Shown here one piece after another: positions 39,717 to 53,869 of a stretch of DNA of 64,000 nt; position 1 is the stretch's first letter, and every line of letters begins with the position of its first letter. The stretch is taken from the NCBI RefSeq assembly GCF_006345805.1, contig NC_043009.1, positions 41,850,001 through 41,914,000 on the forward strand, given 5' to 3'. The translations under genes were made by a program, and so were the position numbers. This stretch comes from Octopus sinensis (Eukaryota). The notes beneath the pieces are model-generated. The model did no database searches. It saw only the letters and a list, made by a program, of their open reading frames with translations, and had not been told where the DNA came from.

Positions 39717-40389
39717 GAGTATGGCGCTGTAATAAATTTCTGTTTAAATTTAAGGTTATTTTTTGTTGTTTCTGGCATTGTATAATCGTGGTCTGACCCA
39801 TTCGTGCCGGCCTATGTCACGTTACGCGAACAGCAGATAGTATTCAGACACATCTATTACCTTAGGCAATCCATATCTTCGCCTAGTTGAGGACCACACG
39901 AAGCATTGAAACATACGTTTGGGTTTAGAGTGATGCGGTTTTATAAGTGCTTTGAAGAGTTGTAAATGTGTTTGAAACTGTATGTTGGGGTGTTGTAAAT
40001 ATTATAGAAATAGCAATCTCGAGGTTACAGTTTTGATCTGACTGAACATCATCTTAGTTAAGTATCTTTTTATCATAGCTTTCAGTCGATCGAAGACTTC
40101 TGAATGAAATTGAATAAATTAAAACCGCGTAGAAGTTCAATAGATGGATTTTATCAGTAAGTTATGGTTCCAAATTTGTTATGCCGTGTGAAACTAAATT
40201 CCACCCGAAGGAACACGTATCTGTTCCATTAAGGGAACACGTATCTGTGAGATAATCAGCCATTTACATGTTAATTCAAAGAGTTGGTATTCCATCTGAT
40301 TGGACAACGGAGTACGTATCGTCGACACCGACAGAGATTCATTAAAATGCTGTTCGGGTTTTGCGTACCAGCTTCTATTTTATTTTTTA

Positions 40390-40600
40390 TTTTTTGGGCC
40401 AGCCATTGGACTGCGGCTATGCTGAGGCAACGTCTTGAAGTGTTACAATCGAATCGATCGAGCACACTACTTATTTTCTTAAAGCCTGGTGCTTATTGTA
40501 CCGTCCCTTTTGCTGAGCCGTTATATTACGAGGACCTATACAAACCGACACCGGTTGTCGTGTGGTACTAGGGAACAAAAACAAACACAAAGGTACACAT
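40390..40600 (-). mobile_element. Old SINE family A-related 3' half
   Basis: ggactgcggctatgctg...ttttgctgagccg...gttgtcgtgtgg. Confidence 0.6.
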
Positions 40601-40944
40601 ACAAACACACACACACACACATACACACACACACACACATACACGCACACATACACATACATACATATATACATGCATACATACATTCATATTTACGACG
40701 GTTTTCTTCGAGATTCTGTTGGAAGTGTCTGAGGGAGAGTATACCGAGGCATCAAACAAGGTTTCTCATATTCTTGAATATTTTGGATTCCATTTTTCTC
40801 TGTTGAATGCATGTCTATAAATTTCATAATTTCCAAGTTTTGTAGGATCATGGAATGATTCAAAATACAAACAGCACTTGCTTATACACAAACAAAAGCA
40901 GTGAGAGCGGGAGCTAGAGAGATGGGGAGAGAGGAAAGGGAAAG

Positions 40945-40985
<41 letters not shown>

Positions 40986-41547
40986 GAGAGGAGACAAACA
41001 TATTGACATCAACTACGGCATTCGCACCAAAAGAAAATATGAACTTAAAAACATTCGCTTGCTATCTGAATTTTCATTTGGTAGTCTTTTGTGAATTAAA
41101 CAAAACAGTTAACTACTCTGTACTTGAAGTAAAAACTGTTCTTAAAAGAGATGTACGGAGCTTTCAATTTATTGAGAAGAATGTATGCAAAAAATTTATA
41201 AAACAATCTGGGCCATAATTGTATTCCATAGAGCTCTAGTAGTGTCAACTTTCTTTACAGTACTTAACGTGACTAAATTTCTACTAAAATATTTTATAGA
41301 ACGTATCATATTTCTAGTTTTATGATACGTTCATATTAAACAAAATGTATTCAATCTTCTCTTATTTTCTGTTATTTTCTATATAACATTTCTCCACTTC
41401 TATTAAAACCTAACAAATATACTGTTTGTCATCAACATTTTTTTTTGACATAAATGTAATTTTAAAGAACATCGACAAGAATAATCTTTTCATAGAAAAG
41501 AACCAAAATTGAACACATAGAATAAAATGTCTGCAAGAGAAAAATAT

Positions 41548-41582
<35 letters not shown>

Positions 41583-43675
41583 ATATATATATATATACAC
41601 ATATAAAATTTACATTTATTTGATAAAAAAAAATGACTTGTCAATAACATCGCTCTTTTCATAGCTAGTTTCCCCACTGTACATATAAACACACATGCAC
41701 CATCCACAACCACCGCCCACCACCAACATACTCTTCGAACACAGTTGCTGTTACAAATTTATCATGGGACGAGTAATTAGTTGGAAAACTATTTATGCTG
41801 ATACCTTTTACTAACAATCACCACTTATCTCAATTATGCACCATTTTGTCACTGTCGACACCTTTTTTTTTTTTTTTTTTTTTACTTCAGGAATGTAAAA
41901 GTAGTGTTGATGTATATTTGCATCTGTGTATTGATCTAAATCGATGCATAAATATGTATATAATTATGCAGAGTAAACTCTATGCCAAGCACATCAATGC
42001 ATTTGTTCATAACAAAAAAATATTTTGTACGTATATAACTAAATTGTTGCATATTTACCTGTATTAATAAACATATAGTGATTTTTTTTTTAACACGTAA
42101 CACTTTTTTTTTATATAAGCAGAAAGAAAAAGCGACATTTAAGAAACTGTTGAAGTGTGCTTTAACTCAATTGTCTAAATGTGAATTTATAGCTGTGTGT
42201 AGTGTTATAAACTTCTGCATGAGATAAAATGGTATCATATTTAAACATTTTTATGTTACAAGTTAGAGATGCGGAGTGTTTTTAGATATAGTAGGTAAAC
42301 GATGGGCATACATAAGCAAACACCGTTAAAATATATATCTTGTACGAAGCACATATTTACACCTTGATAATAGATGTCTTTGGTGCGCATTGTATATATT
42401 ATATTATCGGAAAATATTCCTGTTTTGTAAGTCTAGCACAAAATACATATATGAATACAAAACCTGGAATCAAAGGAACAACAAAAAATAGGAATCGTTG
42501 GAGTAGAGTAATTAATAGAGGAGTGAAAAACACGAAAAATGCAATAAATTTCAGACTTATATGTCCCATGATAGACATAGAAAAAAACCATAGCTATGAC
42601 TAAATTAATTCAAAATTTCCATATATTTGTACATTGCTTTGAAAGCAGCCATCATATTGGTGCTGTTCTATTGTGACATTACACAGATGTGCAAGATAAG
42701 AGCAACAACAATAAGAAATTTGTTTCGCAAAGAACACCTATTTCATCTTGAAGCGGAAATTAATTTCGAAAATTCCAAACGACATATTGGCTTTGGTCTG
42801 TCCAAATATTTGCCAGCAATAACTGGGAACCAGTGAGTGGTTTTGTGAACTCGACCGTTGGAGTTAGCATCCAAGCATACAACTTGGATAAGCTCTCTCT
42901 TTGACCGGTAACGTACTCAAGAGAGTTATACTCCACCATATTGAAGAGGGGGACAGAAGCCATTATCGTTCACACTCTCTGATTAATGGATGGGAGTGAA
43001 GCTGAAAACAATGAAATATACTAGTCTGCTTCTATAGCAAAACGTAGCAATGGCAGCACCAAATCTCAATATGTGTACGTCATGATACTTAGAGTGGTCA
43101 GGCAGTTTCCGGCAAAAAAAGTAAAAGAAAAACAATAAACAAATATATAAATAAACAACAACTGCAAAACACAAAAACGTTAGATATTATATTTTTGATG
43201 GCATTCAACATAATACGTTTTTTTGTGAATGGAGAAAGTTAATAGGTGAAGTTGAGCGCATATGTACAATAAAATCCGTCTCGTTTCATAGCATTGACTC
43301 AATCCAATCATAGAATCTCTGAGCGGACCAAGCTTTCTGATGAAATAAAGATAAAGATATGAAAAAATAAAGAAATTTAATAAGGACTATATTCTGTGGT
43401 GAACTCGGTAAGTTATCGGAGATTTTTCGCCCAAACATCAGAAGACATTATTCACCAAAATACGATTTTGGCTTTACAGTAGACGCAAAGAACCTCATTC
43501 TTCTAAACACTAAAAGAAAAATCTTGGGAAGAAAGCATATAAGAAATAATGTTTTCTCACATTTTTTTATTTATTTATTTTTTAGATGTGTGATGAATAT
43601 ATACGCAAACACATACGAATACATGTATAATTATACATGCACATGTACATACATATATATACTCATATATATATG

Positions 43676-43718
<43 letters not shown>

Positions 43719-43765
43719 AATGTATGTATGTATGTATGTATATATACATATATATATACACATAT

Positions 43766-43833
<68 letters not shown>

Positions 43834-43947
43834 TAAATACATATACGTATATAAATATATATATGATATAAAAAGAGAGTGGGAGAGAGAAATGTATGGA
43901 TATACAAATAATATGTCTCTCGGTTAGATAGATAAATAGATAGGTAG

Positions 43948-43978
<31 letters not shown>

Positions 43979-44786
43979 GATAGGTACATCTTTATGCTTA
44001 TATTTATTTATAAATACATGTACATCTATATATATATATGATATATATCATATATATATGCATATATATTTTTTTTCCTTATATATATATATGTATATAT
44101 ATATATTGATAAGCACACACGCACACACAAAAAACAAACACAGACACACACATGCACATTTATATGCATATGAGTGCGTGCGTGTGGGTGAGAATGTGAA
44201 TGTGTAATATTTCCATTTTACTATCTCATATAGCAAGCTGTTTGGCTGTTGGTTTTTGTTCGCTAGTGTGTTTTCTTTACATATATCTCATTATGTACAA
44301 AAATATTTTCAATAGAAAGATATATATCTATTCTCCTTAGATTTTTTTTATTTGTTTATTAATTTTTGTTGCTTGATTCCTAAGCAGTAAAGCCATTCTA
44401 CCATTTATTTTTTTTTATTTTATTGGCTGTAAGTGACGATACTACCAAAGTGCCGTCACCAACCAAACTATACACTTCCTGGAGTTCTGCGATCAAAATT
44501 CTCCGTTTAGAACTGCAAAGGATATCATTAATTTCAACGTTACTATTGTCATCAGACAATTCTTCCACGTTAGCATTATCGTTCCAAAAAGGCAGAAAGA
44601 CATCTTTTCAAAAGTTCTCTGTTCATATTACAGATATATGGATATACGGACAGCTTTATGAATACACGCATCTCACAGACACAAGCAGGCATACACAGAT
44701 ACACAGACACACAAACACACATGTTCACTTGCGCGTGCTGCGACTGAGGCACACGTGTGCATGTCTTGCAATATATATCCACATAA

Positions 44787-44830
<44 letters not shown>

Positions 44831-44832
<2 letters not shown>

Positions 44833-44965
44833 CTCTCCTTGTTTTTTCTGTGTCCGTTTCTGTAGAAGAGCGTAAAAGCCTTTTTCTATTCCTGAGCGTT
44901 ATACTAATACATCTGTTTGTTTTGTACACCACCTGTCTTCGTCTTTTGTTTTTTTCGTAAACTCT

Positions 44966-44969
<4 letters not shown>
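44831..44969 (+). mobile_element. Penelope-like terminal fragment between (TA)n arrays, with the hammerhead-like core deleted
   Basis: Homologous to the reverse complement of 53678-53855. Confidence 0.55.
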
Positions 44970-45017
<48 letters not shown>

Positions 45018-45061
45018 TGTGTGTGTGTGTGTGTGTTGTATCTATCTATCTTTCTATCTAT

Positions 45062-45110
<49 letters not shown>

Positions 45111-45769
45111 GATATATAGGTATATATGTGTGTGTGTGTAAGAAAGGTTGAATTAGATTCGTCCTTTAATTTGGAGGTTCCCAAAAGAAGTTTTCTAATA
45201 TAGATTCTTCATAGTTAGCTAGTAGCTTACTGGCATAATATTGCGAATATCAAAATAATACTTGTATATGGAAAGAAATCCCATAAAACTCAACAATATT
45301 GATAAAAAATGGAGAAAAGAAGATGTTAAAATATATAATAGAATTTTAATCAATGCAGACGATCGTTTTGTACAGCGATATAAAATCAAAGAAAAGTGGA
45401 CAAAATTGTTCACAAATATCCAGCGTAGATTAAAATAAAGTATTTCATTAAAGTTTAAACATCACAAGATTTTACTCTGAGTTTCACATGATTTAGCATC
45501 TGTCGGATTTTCATTTTTATTTGATGACCATTTATGTGAAATTTGAGTAACATTTTCTGAATATTTTCAGTTTCAATTTATCACTCTATGCAACTATATT
45601 TGCCTGCGCGTGCGTGTGTATATGTTGTTCGTGCTAGTGTTGACAGTTGACATAAAAGGAAAAATTAAGCACATTATCCCTTCCAAAAATAAAAGTATTT
45701 TAAAAGATCATAAAACATCAACTACTGGAAGATAACAGTTTAATCAAGTTAGTTACCCACACTTTCCAT

Positions 45770-46300
45770 CATGGCCTTAAGACGGCACCGGAACCTAACC
45801 TGGCGCATCCATTCCTTATTGTGTCCTTGGGAAGATCTTTGAAACCTCTTTGATCTTTCTTACCAGCTAGGACTAGGTGTTGCAAGCAGAGGGATTTTTT
45901 TTTCAACCTCGGCCCCACACAGAAATCTGTCGCCATACAATCGGAGGGATTGCGCGGCACGAAATATGCGCTGGTGAAGTCAGAGTAATTCTCCAGCAAA
46001 TACTTCTGACTTTTACAAGAAGTAGGGCCGAATCCTGCAGTCACATATATTGCCTTCAAGCAGCAACTTCAAGCAGCCATCCTCTCCAGCCAAACCTCAA
46101 ACCATATTCAAAGAGGTGGGGCGGCATAGCGTTACACTCACTGGAGACACACCGAAAGACCGTCACATGCTGGGGAAACTTGGTTTTCATAATAAGTGAA
46201 ACACCACACGGTTCGTAGGCAAGAGGCTTGATCTAAGTTTTGTACAACCGGCCCTAGCAGCAGTTCGTTTCACCTGAGAAAAACCAAATATTCCGTAGCT
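45770..46300 (-). mobile_element. Possible degenerate L1/Tx1-type LINE C-terminal region
   Basis: One minus frame reads KLRSSLLPTNRVVFHLL*KPSFPSM*RSFGVSPVSVTLC...RAAQSLRLYGDRFLCG with stops, resembling the zf-RVT-region pattern. Visual similarity only. Confidence 0.4.
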
Positions 46301-46614
46301 TGTTCAAAAGTTTCTTTGCCATTGCAAAGTGGTTTGCTTTGGACTTGGCTCTGTTAGATTTTGCTTCTTGTGCCTCTTGTTCCAGTGTTGGCGAACGTCC
46401 TTCTTCAGGGTCAGCTTCCTAATGACGTCTTCGACACCCATCTTTCTCGTCAAAACCCTTGTATCTCGGAGTTCAGCAATTGTAGTTATATGGCAGTCTG
46501 TATATTTTTTATTCACTAAAATGCATTTCTCTCTCTTTCACTCTCTCTCCCCCTCTCTCTTTCTCTTTCTCTGTTTCTCTATATCATCTATATTTCTATC
46601 TATCGACCAATCAG

Positions 46615-46847
<233 letters not shown>

Positions 46848-47890
46848 GTGTTTGTGTGTGTGTGTGTGTGGGGGGGCTGGGTGTCTATTCACTTCCCATT
46901 ATTTACTCATATATGTCCATGTATTTCAAATTCATACTTTTTTGTTTTAGCAGCCAGAAAGTGTCTCGCTCGGCTGAATCTACCCCCTTATTTCCCAAGT
47001 CTGACATTGGCGACCTTTGAAGTAAGGTATGCATAAAATAATACCTTTACGATTTATACTTCCAACAATTACATTAATGTACATTGAAATGCTGATGATT
47101 AATCTCAGACTGAGCAGATATTAAATGTTCACATTAAAAACAAAAAAAAACTAAAAAAAAGGAAGCTATATGAAAGCTAACCCATGTGGGTGCTTCAACG
47201 TAGCTACTAGTCCTGTAAAAATAGTAGCGATGTCATCCTCAAATCAATTAGTACTGTCTTAAAATATGACGGATGCGTTGAGTAACGTAGTCTTAGATGC
47301 GTTATGCTTCTTAAAGATTATCCAAATTAATAAATATTTTGTTCGTAAGTCAGCTTTCTAAAATATTATCTCAGGCGAACCAATAGGTTTTTATTCGTTC
47401 ACTATGCATTTATAGGTTGTATGTACAACCCTGGGATGAATTTTTCCTTGTCGAAGCCCGGCAGTTGCTCATGCATGCCAAGTCGTCCTCACCAAGCCAC
47501 CGACGATTATCCAAGGGAAAGCCAATCGCTTGGACCGATATAGCTTTACAGTAGTATCGTTGTGTCATGTGAATGAACATACGTAGTTAAATGTTCGTTA
47601 TATTCTATTTCTTTAACAACACTTTCTCCAACCTGGTCACAGGCATCCAGTATGTGTCTATATATGTGCCTATGGAAAGGAGCATATGTGTATATGTGTA
47701 TACGTGAGTGTGCCTGCACATGTGTGTTTAGCTGGAGCGATTAAATGAAATACATTCAGGTTTTATATGTGGAGCTATATGGGTGTTTCTTTGAGGGAAC
47801 ATACTTATATAGGAAAGAATATATATGTATATACATGCATGTTTGCACACACACAAACACACACACACACACACAAACACACAACACACA

Positions 47891-47921
<31 letters not shown>

Positions 47922-48579
47922 TATGTACATATAAAAATATGGGAAAAAGGGAAATGGAAATCACGAGACTCTTTATTATTCACCACAATCGTGATTCCAT
48001 TTTCTGTCTCTCATATTTTTAGAAACTCTACGAACACAAAGGAATTCTTGATGCCAACACAGTGGCATTTAACAACATACTATTGATGGCACCAGGTAGC
48101 CAAATACGGTGAACGGGCTTTACATGGCACACGTGTGTATGCGTGTGTGTGTATTTGTATGTGTATGCGTTTTTCACTTCCGCCGCTTGACAACAGGTTC
48201 ATTGAAGTTCCCGTGAGTTGAGTTTGACCAGGAGGCTAAAAGATTGAGTAGCAGTCTTTGGTGTTGATTGTTCCATTAAAACTCGTCAAGAGGGTGCCCC
48301 AGTATGGCCGCAGTCCAATGATTTCAATTGATAAAGAATAGGAAAATAATATATATCTATGATTGTGCGTTCATATATGTGTATATGGATGTGTGTGTAT
48401 AAATATATATATCAAGATTAATCAGCCGAAATTGCGAGGATGATCCGGTTCTTGATTGAAGATTAAAGGCTTCAAATAACCCGTCCGTTTTTTGTGTCTT
48501 CTATTTGAGTGTTTTGCGTTCTTGTCCTATTTTGTATTTTTATATATATTTTTTATACATACATACATACATATATATA

Positions 48580-48619
<40 letters not shown>

Positions 48620-48689
48620 ATATGGATATAGATCTATATGTGATTGTATGCATATGTGTATATATATATGTATAGGTATACCTTTTATG

Positions 48690-48953
48690 TTTTACTTGTT
48701 TCAGTCATTAGTCTGTGGTCATGCTAGGGAACCCTCTTGATGGATCCTTAATCGAATGTATCGATCCAAGTACGTATCTCTTTTAAAAGCCTAGTACTTA
48801 TTCTTTCGATCTTTTTTGTCGAAGCGCTAGTGTTACGAGGACATAAACCCGCGTTTACCGGATGTCAAGCGGCGTTGTGTGAGCGACAAACACAAACACA
48901 GATAACAAAGACACACACACACACACACACACACACACCACACACACACACAC

Positions 48954-49038
<85 letters not shown>

Positions 49039-49043
49039 TATAT

Positions 49044-49079
<36 letters not shown>

Positions 49080-49232
49080 CTTCTTTCAGTTTCAGTCTAC
49101 GAAATCCACCCAAAAAGCTATGATCAACCGAGGCTATAGTAGAAAACAGTTTCCCAAAGTGCTGCGCAGTGGGACTGAGTCCCGATCCATATGGCTGGAA
49201 GCAAACTTCTTACCACACAGCCACGCCAGCGC
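48690..49232 (-). mobile_element. SINE family A with an expanded internal CA/TA repeat
   Basis: Tail ttacttgtttcagtcatt at about 48690; head ...ttaccacacagccacgccagcgcc at about 49232. Confidence 0.85.
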
Positions 49233-49272
49233 CTATATATAAGATGTATATGTATATGTATATATATATATT

Positions 49273-49313
<41 letters not shown>

Positions 49314-49318
<5 letters not shown>

Positions 49319-50909
49319 ACTAGCCATAGATGAAGTGGACATAAACTCAGCTGCTGGTCCAGATGGTTTCCCAGCCATCCTCCTCAAAGTGTGTAAGCAT
49401 GCCCTGGCAAAACCCCTCAAGATTCTCTTCCAGAGCTTTCTTGCGAATGGCAAACTGCCAAGTAAGCTGAAGGAGGGAATAATATGCCCAATACATAAAA
49501 GGGGAAATAGAGCAGATGCCAAAAACTGTAGGCCTATCTCTCTGACTTCACACATCAGCAAAGTCATGGAACGGATAGTCAGAAAGAAACTAATCGCATT
49601 CCTTGAGGAAAATAACTTGCTGAGTGATACCCAGCATGGTTTTCGACCAGGTAGGAGCTGCCTGACCCAGCTCTTACAACATTATGACTGGGTGTTGAGG
49701 CAGTTACTCAATAAATCAAATGTGGACGTAATCTACCTTGATTTTGCAAAAGCTTTTGACAAAGTGGATCATGGTATGATATGCCACAAACTGCGTGACC
49801 TCGGCATAGCTGGAAAACTTGGAGTATGGTTACATGACTTCCTGAAAAATAGGAGTCAGGCAGTAGTGGTTAATGGAGCCACCTCTATGAACATACAAAT
49901 AGTGAGCGGTGTTCCACAGGGCACTGTCTTGGGACCACTGCATTTTATAGTGGCCCTCTCAGATATGCCCTCAAATGCCCGGATAGCCACTCTGGCAAGC
50001 TATGCAGACGATACGAAAGTCTCGCAGAAAATACAGAACCCCAGCGACGTTGCACACCTGCAGCAGGAGTTGGACTCAATCTACAGATGGGATGAGGATA
50101 ATAATATGCAGTTTAATGCTGAAAAATTCCAGGCCCTGCGCTACCAGCATCCAAAACTAAGTATTAAACTTACAGGATACACCGGTCCACTGGGAATTTC
50201 AATCCCAGAGCCTAAGTCTGTGAGGGACCTGGGTATCGACATGAGTGATGATACCTCTTTCCAAGTGCACATTACCAGGATGGCGACAAAGTGCAGACGA
50301 CAGGCTGGATGGATCCTAAGAACATTCAGAACCAGAGATGAGGAAACCATGATGGTCCTCTTGCGGACATTCGTCCTCAGCCGCCTGGATTACTGCTCAC
50401 AGCTATGGTCACTCACCAGTGTAAAATTAACAGCGGACCTTGAAGCAATCCAGAGAAGATTCACAAAGATGATTGTCTCTTTGCAACAGTTCAGCTACTG
50501 AGAAAGGTTGAAACAGCTAAGACTCTACTCCCTAGAGAGAAGACGGGAGAGGTATGCAGTAATATATGTCTGGAAGACCCTGGAAGGAATTGTGCCAAAT
50601 TTTGGCATTGTAAGCTATACCAATGCTAGAACGGGACGACACTGCATAGTGCCAAAGATCCCAGCAATGCTATCACGCTTCAGGACCAGCTTCTGCAACA
50701 GCCTGGGTTTCAAGGGCTCACAGCTTTTTATCCCAAAGTGTCTGAGGAACTTGAACAAAGTAGATGTAGCGGTTTTTAAATCTAAGCTGGACATCTTCCT
50801 GTCGAGAGTCCCAAATGAACCTACCTCACGGAAAGAGGTGCAAATGAGAGTAGCTATATCAAACTCCATTCTTCACCAAGTGCCATATATTAGAGGAGGT
50901 TCTTCGTAA
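49314..50909 (+). pseudogene. LINE reverse transcriptase reading frame with a single nonsense codon (TGA 50499-50501); no endonuclease or start codon
   Basis: ORFs 49191..50501 and 50508..50909 share one frame. The N-terminal 41 aa of the listed ORF come from SINE and (TA)n sequence. Confidence 0.9.
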
Positions 50910-50965
50910 TAACAGTGTAGCACAAAACGGCGGGGCATCAGCATGGCCGCAGCTCTGTGCTGAAA
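49314..50965 (+). mobile_element. 5'-truncated CR1-group LINE (RT plus 3' UTR)
   Basis: NSAAGPDGFPAILLK, CRPISLTSHISKVMERIV, QHGFRPGRSCLTQLL, VIYLDFAKAFDKVDH, SGVPQGTVLGP, YADD (50001-12) and LYSLERRRERY; ends in a hairpin tail plus A-run. Confidence 0.95.
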
Positions 50966-51049
50966 AAAAATATATAGAGAGAGAGATAGAATGATATATA
51001 TATATAGATATATATATATAGAGAGAGAGATAGATAGATATATATATAG

Positions 51050-51059
51050 ACAGACAGAC

Positions 51060-51142
<83 letters not shown>
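51050..51142. repeat. (GATA)n microsatellite
   Basis: Direct reading. Confidence 0.95.
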
Positions 51143-51144
<2 letters not shown>

Positions 51145-52035
51145 TAAATATATTCACACGGTAACCACAGTAAAGGCAGACCATATATACAAATATTAAA
51201 TGGAGCCAAAATACAAAACTTAACTTTGGTTTTATTTGGGACTTTTGCTTTCCCAATATGAAATTAAGAAACACAGAATTTACATATGACGACAGAATGT
51301 TGGCTTGGTGATGTGAGGATTTTAATATATAAAATATATTCACACAGGTGGCTTCAAGACCGAAAGAATTCTAGCATTAATTCAAAGACACTAATTAGTT
51401 AGTGTAGACTTTTACGTTATTGAGACCATTTTCAATTGTTGTCAAGTCTATATACAAAAGATTTTTTTTATTCGATAAATCCACGCCATTCTATTTCTGT
51501 ACTTGTGGGGGGTATTATTTTATTTGTTAGTTACTGGCTTCCAGAGAGATTTCTAAGCTTTCTTTCTCGGAAGAATAGCCATTATTATAAATAAAAGCTG
51601 ATTTACATAAATATACAATTACGTCTGTCCAAGGGCTGACAACATTTCCCACCCAAACACAACTATAAAAATTTGTGTGTGAATGCAGTATGTCGTTAGT
51701 ATATATGAAAAAAAAATGTTGAAAAGAATAAACAGAGATGCTAGGGAGAGAAATTAGCGCCAAAAAAATAACATTACTAAAAAAATCCAAAAATTTAAGG
51801 AACAACGACAACACCACCAATAATAATAATAATAATAATGTGATAATAGAAGGTAAGAGAAAATGAAAAATTGTGTATATATATATATGTGTGTGCGTGT
51901 TTATACGTATATGTGTGCGTGTATGTGCGACTCCTCTCTCTATATACATAATATATATACATGTATATATACATATATATATGTATGTGTATAAATATAT
52001 ATACATATATATATATATATACATATATATACACA

Positions 52036-52088
<53 letters not shown>

Positions 52089-52376
52089 GTATATGGATAC
52101 GTATATGTCTATCGGATAAATGAAAGGATGACAGACTGGCGAAGTTGAAAGACTTTCAGATAAAGGAAAGAAGATCAGTGTGATGTGCGCAACTGAATGA
52201 AAACCGAATGACTGAATTAATAAAAAAATAAAAAAATAACAGTAAATATACGTATATATATATATATATATATAAAAACACATATATCTATATATATATA
52301 TATGTATATATATTTGTTTATGTATGTATACATGTTTATATATGTATGTATATATGTGTATATGTATGTATTTATG

Positions 52377-52454
<78 letters not shown>

Positions 52455-52811
52455 GTGTGTGTATGGGGGATGGATGTTTATACGTATCTACAGGAGTGTG
52501 AGAAAAACATGACAAGACTGTGCTGAGATAGATTCATTGTAAGTAAAACTGGTACACACTGTTTTGTTTTTTCTATGGATGTCATATATTTCATGTATGG
52601 ATGCAGTTATACATACATACATAGGTACGCACATATATTTATTTATGAGTATATTTGTATACATACCTAGAGGTATCTATCTATCTGTGTATGTATGTAT
52701 GTATGTATGTATGTATGTATATATGTGTATATGTATGTATGTATGTATGTATTATGTATGTATGTAGTATGTATGTATGTATGTATGTATGTATGTATGT
52801 ATGTATGTATG

Positions 52812-52844
<33 letters not shown>

Positions 52845-52924
52845 GATATATATACGTATATATATATATATTATATATATATATATAATATATATATATA
52901 TTTATATATGAATATATATATACG

Positions 52925-52994
<70 letters not shown>

Positions 52995-53617
52995 TGAACA
53001 ACATATTAATTTATGTTAACATGAATGCAAGTTTCTGCTTCTGCCCTCTGCTCCCATCTTCTCCCTCATCTTACCTCCTCTTTCCCTCATTCTTTTTTCA
53101 CTCACTCCTCCCCTGCCGCTAATAATCTTTATATCGTAGCGTATTCCCCCTACCTCCCAGGCAGTCTTTTACCCTTCACACAATATTTCATTTTTCTCTT
53201 GCACATAAATATATTTGTATGACTGTTACCATTCAGAACTTCTCATTATGTCTATCTATCTATGCCTCTCTCTCTCACTATTACTATATATATATATTCA
53301 TAAACATACACACACATATAAAAAACAAGCGTGTATGTTTGTATGAGCGCACGATTTGAGCACGAGAACAGTTTCTCTATATTCACGTAATCGCTGCTGT
53401 GTTATGAAGATTGAGCATTCTTCTTTTAAGTATAGAAAGAACAAACTTTGCAGACTACTCATGCAATCTACTATGAGTAGCCACAGGCTCTATCTACGTA
53501 CGTATTTGAAATCAATCACATTTTAAAAAATATATCTTTTCTGAGCAATCTAGCTAAATATATGTATGTGTGTGTGTGTGATATGTGAGTGTATGTGTTT
53601 ATGTATGTATCTCTCTC

Positions 53618-53663
<46 letters not shown>

Positions 53664-53677
53664 CCTGTATATATATA

Positions 53678-53855
53678 TTGGGAGAATTCACAACAGAACA
53701 AAAAACAAACGACGAAGACAGGTTGTTTAGATAACAAACATATGTATTAGTATAACGCTCGGGAAGTGAAAAAGTGTTTAACGTTTCGAGCCTACGCTCT
53801 TCCGCAGAAAGGAACACAGGTAGAAACAAGGAGAGAAAATAAAGAATGTGTAGTG
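53678..53855 (-). mobile_element. Penelope-like terminal fragment with a degenerate minimal hammerhead (53777-53810)
   Basis: Minus strand UUU-CUGCGGA-A-GAGC(GUAG)GCUC-GAAAC-GUU-AAA; homologue at 44831-44969. Confidence 0.55.
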
Positions 53856-53869
53856 TCTTAATAAGTTTG

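Noticed and set aside
40210-40248. 15-bp direct repeat ggaacacgtatctgt twice
   Set aside because: Only two copies; compatible with a simple local duplication and not CRISPR-like.
40993-41030. KHIDINYGIR resembling the copia RNase H KHIDxRY motif
   Set aside because: Too short, directly follows (GA)n, and no other LTR-element features.
42627-43004. Overlapping ORFs with a plus-strand gtgagt donor and a strong minus-strand acceptor
   Set aside because: All frames after the acceptor close quickly, no recognisable protein, and conflicting strands.
48400-48540. TA-flanked block that might be another PLE tail
   Set aside because: No intact hammerhead boxes and no second copy in the window.
49191-49313. 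N-terminal extension of the 436-aa RT ORF
   Set aside because: It reads through an antisense SINE head and (TA)n; homology starts at 49314.
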